From: Verrucomicrobiota bacterium
GTDB taxonomy: Bacteria; Verrucomicrobiota; Verrucomicrobiia; Limisphaerales; Palsa-1400
Direction of reading: 5' to 3'
DNA: 17,929 nucleotides
Assembly: GCA_049510745.1 (NCBI GenBank)
Contig: JBEKYR010000067.1
Span: 1 to 17,929 of the forward strand
Part shown: positions 16,678 through 17,929 of the stretch, one piece after another
How the letters are laid out: each line of letters starts with the position of its first letter
Numbering within the stretch: the stretch's first letter is position 1
Program-made: the position numbers and the translations under genes
The notes under the pieces: generated by a model
What the model was told of the DNA's origin: nothing
Databases searched by the model: none
The model's input: the letters and a program-made list of their open reading frames with translations, nothing else

Positions 16678-17726
16678 CAACAAGCGAACCTGCACCTACA
16701 GCGAAGAAGGTCAATGTGGCCGTGGTGGGCCTTGGGTTCATGGGCATGACGCATTTGCGCGCCTACCTGGCCCTGGAATCGGCGCGGGTGGTGGCGGTCT
16801 GCGACCCCGTGCGGCTGCCGGTCAACGGCGTTTTGCGCGGCGTGGTGGGCAACATCAAAACCACAGCCGGCGACCTCGATTTGGGCTCGCGGGTCAAGGT
16901 CTGCCGCGCGCTGGAAGAGGTTCTGGCCGACCCGCAAGTCGAATTGGTCGATCTCTGTACGCCGACGCCGCTGCATGCCCCGCAATCCATCGCCGCCCTC
17001 AAAGCGGGCAGGCACGTTCTCTGTGAAAAGCCGCTGGCGCGCACCTCGGCGGCGGCGCGGGAGATTCTCAAGGAGGCGGAATCGTCGCGGGGTTTTCTCA
17101 TGCCCGCGATGTGCATGAGGTTCTGGCCCGGATGGAGCTGGCTCAAAGAAGCGGCCCAGGCGCGGTCCTACGGCAAAATCCTGGCCGCCTGCTTCCGCCG
17201 CGTCTCCGAGATGCCCGGCTGGAGCCGGCAGGGCACTTACGCCGGCGGCATGGACATCGGGGGCGCGCTGTTCGATTTGCATATTCACGACAGCGACTTC
17301 GTCAACTTTATTTTCGGCCGCCCGGCCGGAGTTTTTTCCACCGGTGTGACCGGCCCCGCCGGTTCCATCGACCACGTGGTGACGCAATATCTTTTTCCCG
17401 GCGGACCGGTCGTTTCCGCAGAAGGGGGCTGGCTGTTGACCCAGGGTTTCAACATGTCTTTCACGATTCACTGCGAGCGCGCCACGCTGGACTTCGATCT
17501 GGCCCGCGGCACGGAGGCGATGCAGGTTTGCGAACGGGGACAAGCCGCGCGCGCCATCCATTACGACTACCCGGACGGTTATGGCGCCGAAATCCGCTAC
17601 CTGTTGGAATGTGTCGCCTCGCGCCGGGCGCCGGAAATCGTCAATGCCCGCGACGGCGTAACCGCGCTGGAGATTTGCGAAGCGGAAGAGAAATCAATCC
17701 GCACCGGGGCTTTGGTGGCGCTCTAA
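16674..17726 (+). CDS. Gfo/Idh/MocA-family oxidoreductase (no signal peptide)
   Basis: VGLGFMG Rossmann motif, CTPTPLH, CEKPLA, GGALFDLHIHD. ATGA overlap with the upstream gene. Confidence 0.92.
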   Translation: MTTSEPAPTAKKVNVAVVGLGFMGMTHLRAYLALESARVVAVCDPVRLPVNGVLRGVVGNIKTTAGDLDLGSRVKVCRALEEVLADPQVELVDLCTPTPLHAPQSIAALKAGRHVLCEKPLARTSAAAREILKEAESSRGFLMPAMCMRFWPGWSWLKEAAQARSYGKILAACFRRVSEMPGWSRQGTYAGGMDIGGALFDLHIHDSDFVNFIFGRPAGVFSTGVTGPAGSIDHVVTQYLFPGGPVVSAEGGWLLTQGFNMSFTIHCERATLDFDLARGTEAMQVCERGQAARAIHYDYPDGYGAEIRYLLECVASRRAPEIVNARDGVTALEICEAEEKSIRTGALVAL

Positions 17727-17794
17727 AACGCGCCTCGCCGCGGAAATGACAGGCAGAAAAGGGCAAGTGGCCGGTGCGGAATCGAAAATTGCAA

Positions 17795-17810
17795 ATTGAA
17801 AATTTTCAAT
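17795..17810. promoter_or_regulatory. Perfect 16-bp AT-rich palindrome ATTGAAAATTTTCAAT (possible operator)
   Basis: Exact self-complementary sequence in a GC-rich intergenic region, overlapping the heptamer run AAAATTG-CAAATTG-AAAATTT (17785-17805). Confidence 0.45.
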
Positions 17811-17885
17811 CAGCTGTGTTCGGCATGGGGTATGCTTTTGAGCCGCTCCGTGCCGCCGTTGGCGCGGGGCCGCCAGGAAATTCGA

Positions 17886-17925
17886 TTGACACAGAAACGC
17901 CGCGCCATTGTCACACAATTGTAAC
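17886..17925 (+). promoter_or_regulatory. Pho-box/OmpR-type phased direct repeats
   Basis: TTGACAC (17886-17892), TTGTCAC (17908-17914) and TTGTAAC (17919-17925), spaced 22 and 11 bp; resembles CTGTCAT-N4-CTGTCAT. Confidence 0.45.
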
Positions 17926-17929
17926 TTGT

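Noticed and set aside
3851..17561. Long - strand ORFs opposite the + strand genes (e.g. 4543-5643, 6108-7259, 7289-8302, 12119-13291, 16389-17561)
   Set aside because: Antisense shadows caused by high-GC codon bias; the + strand frames carry clear family motifs
17847..17870. GC-rich hairpin as an intrinsic terminator
   Set aside because: The stem depends on several G-U pairs and has no following U-tract

Overview
GC-rich bacterial DNA, probably Verrucomicrobiota (Pedosphaera-like); this is inferred from the Ig/LamG/BACON-rich secreted protein and the Tat-exported Gfo/Idh/MocA gene. On the - strand, 3664 to <1 encodes a >1221-aa secreted S53 (sedolisin/kumamolisin) peptidase with BACON-like, Ig-like and LamG domains. 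It runs off the window and is missing from the ORF track. Divergently on the + strand is a stand-alone nucleotide-sugar cassette: rfbF-rfbG-rfbH, an extended SDR, a YerE-like ThDP enzyme, a HAD phosphatase and an orphan NeuB-family synthase. This looks like a C4-branched CDP-3,6-dideoxyhexose (yersiniose-type) pathway. The NeuB/HAD pair may supply a longer 2-keto-3-deoxy-acid donor, giving a higher-carbon branched sugar; this is the leading hypothesis and is untested. Downstream are a MoeB-rhodanese fusion overlapping an N-terminally extended RsmH paralogue, then a Gfo/Idh/MocA (Tat) - TIM-barrel isomerase - Gfo/Idh/MocA trio. The final intergenic region holds a 16-bp palindrome and a Pho-box-like phased repeat. 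No RNA genes, CRISPR arrays or mobile elements were recognised.
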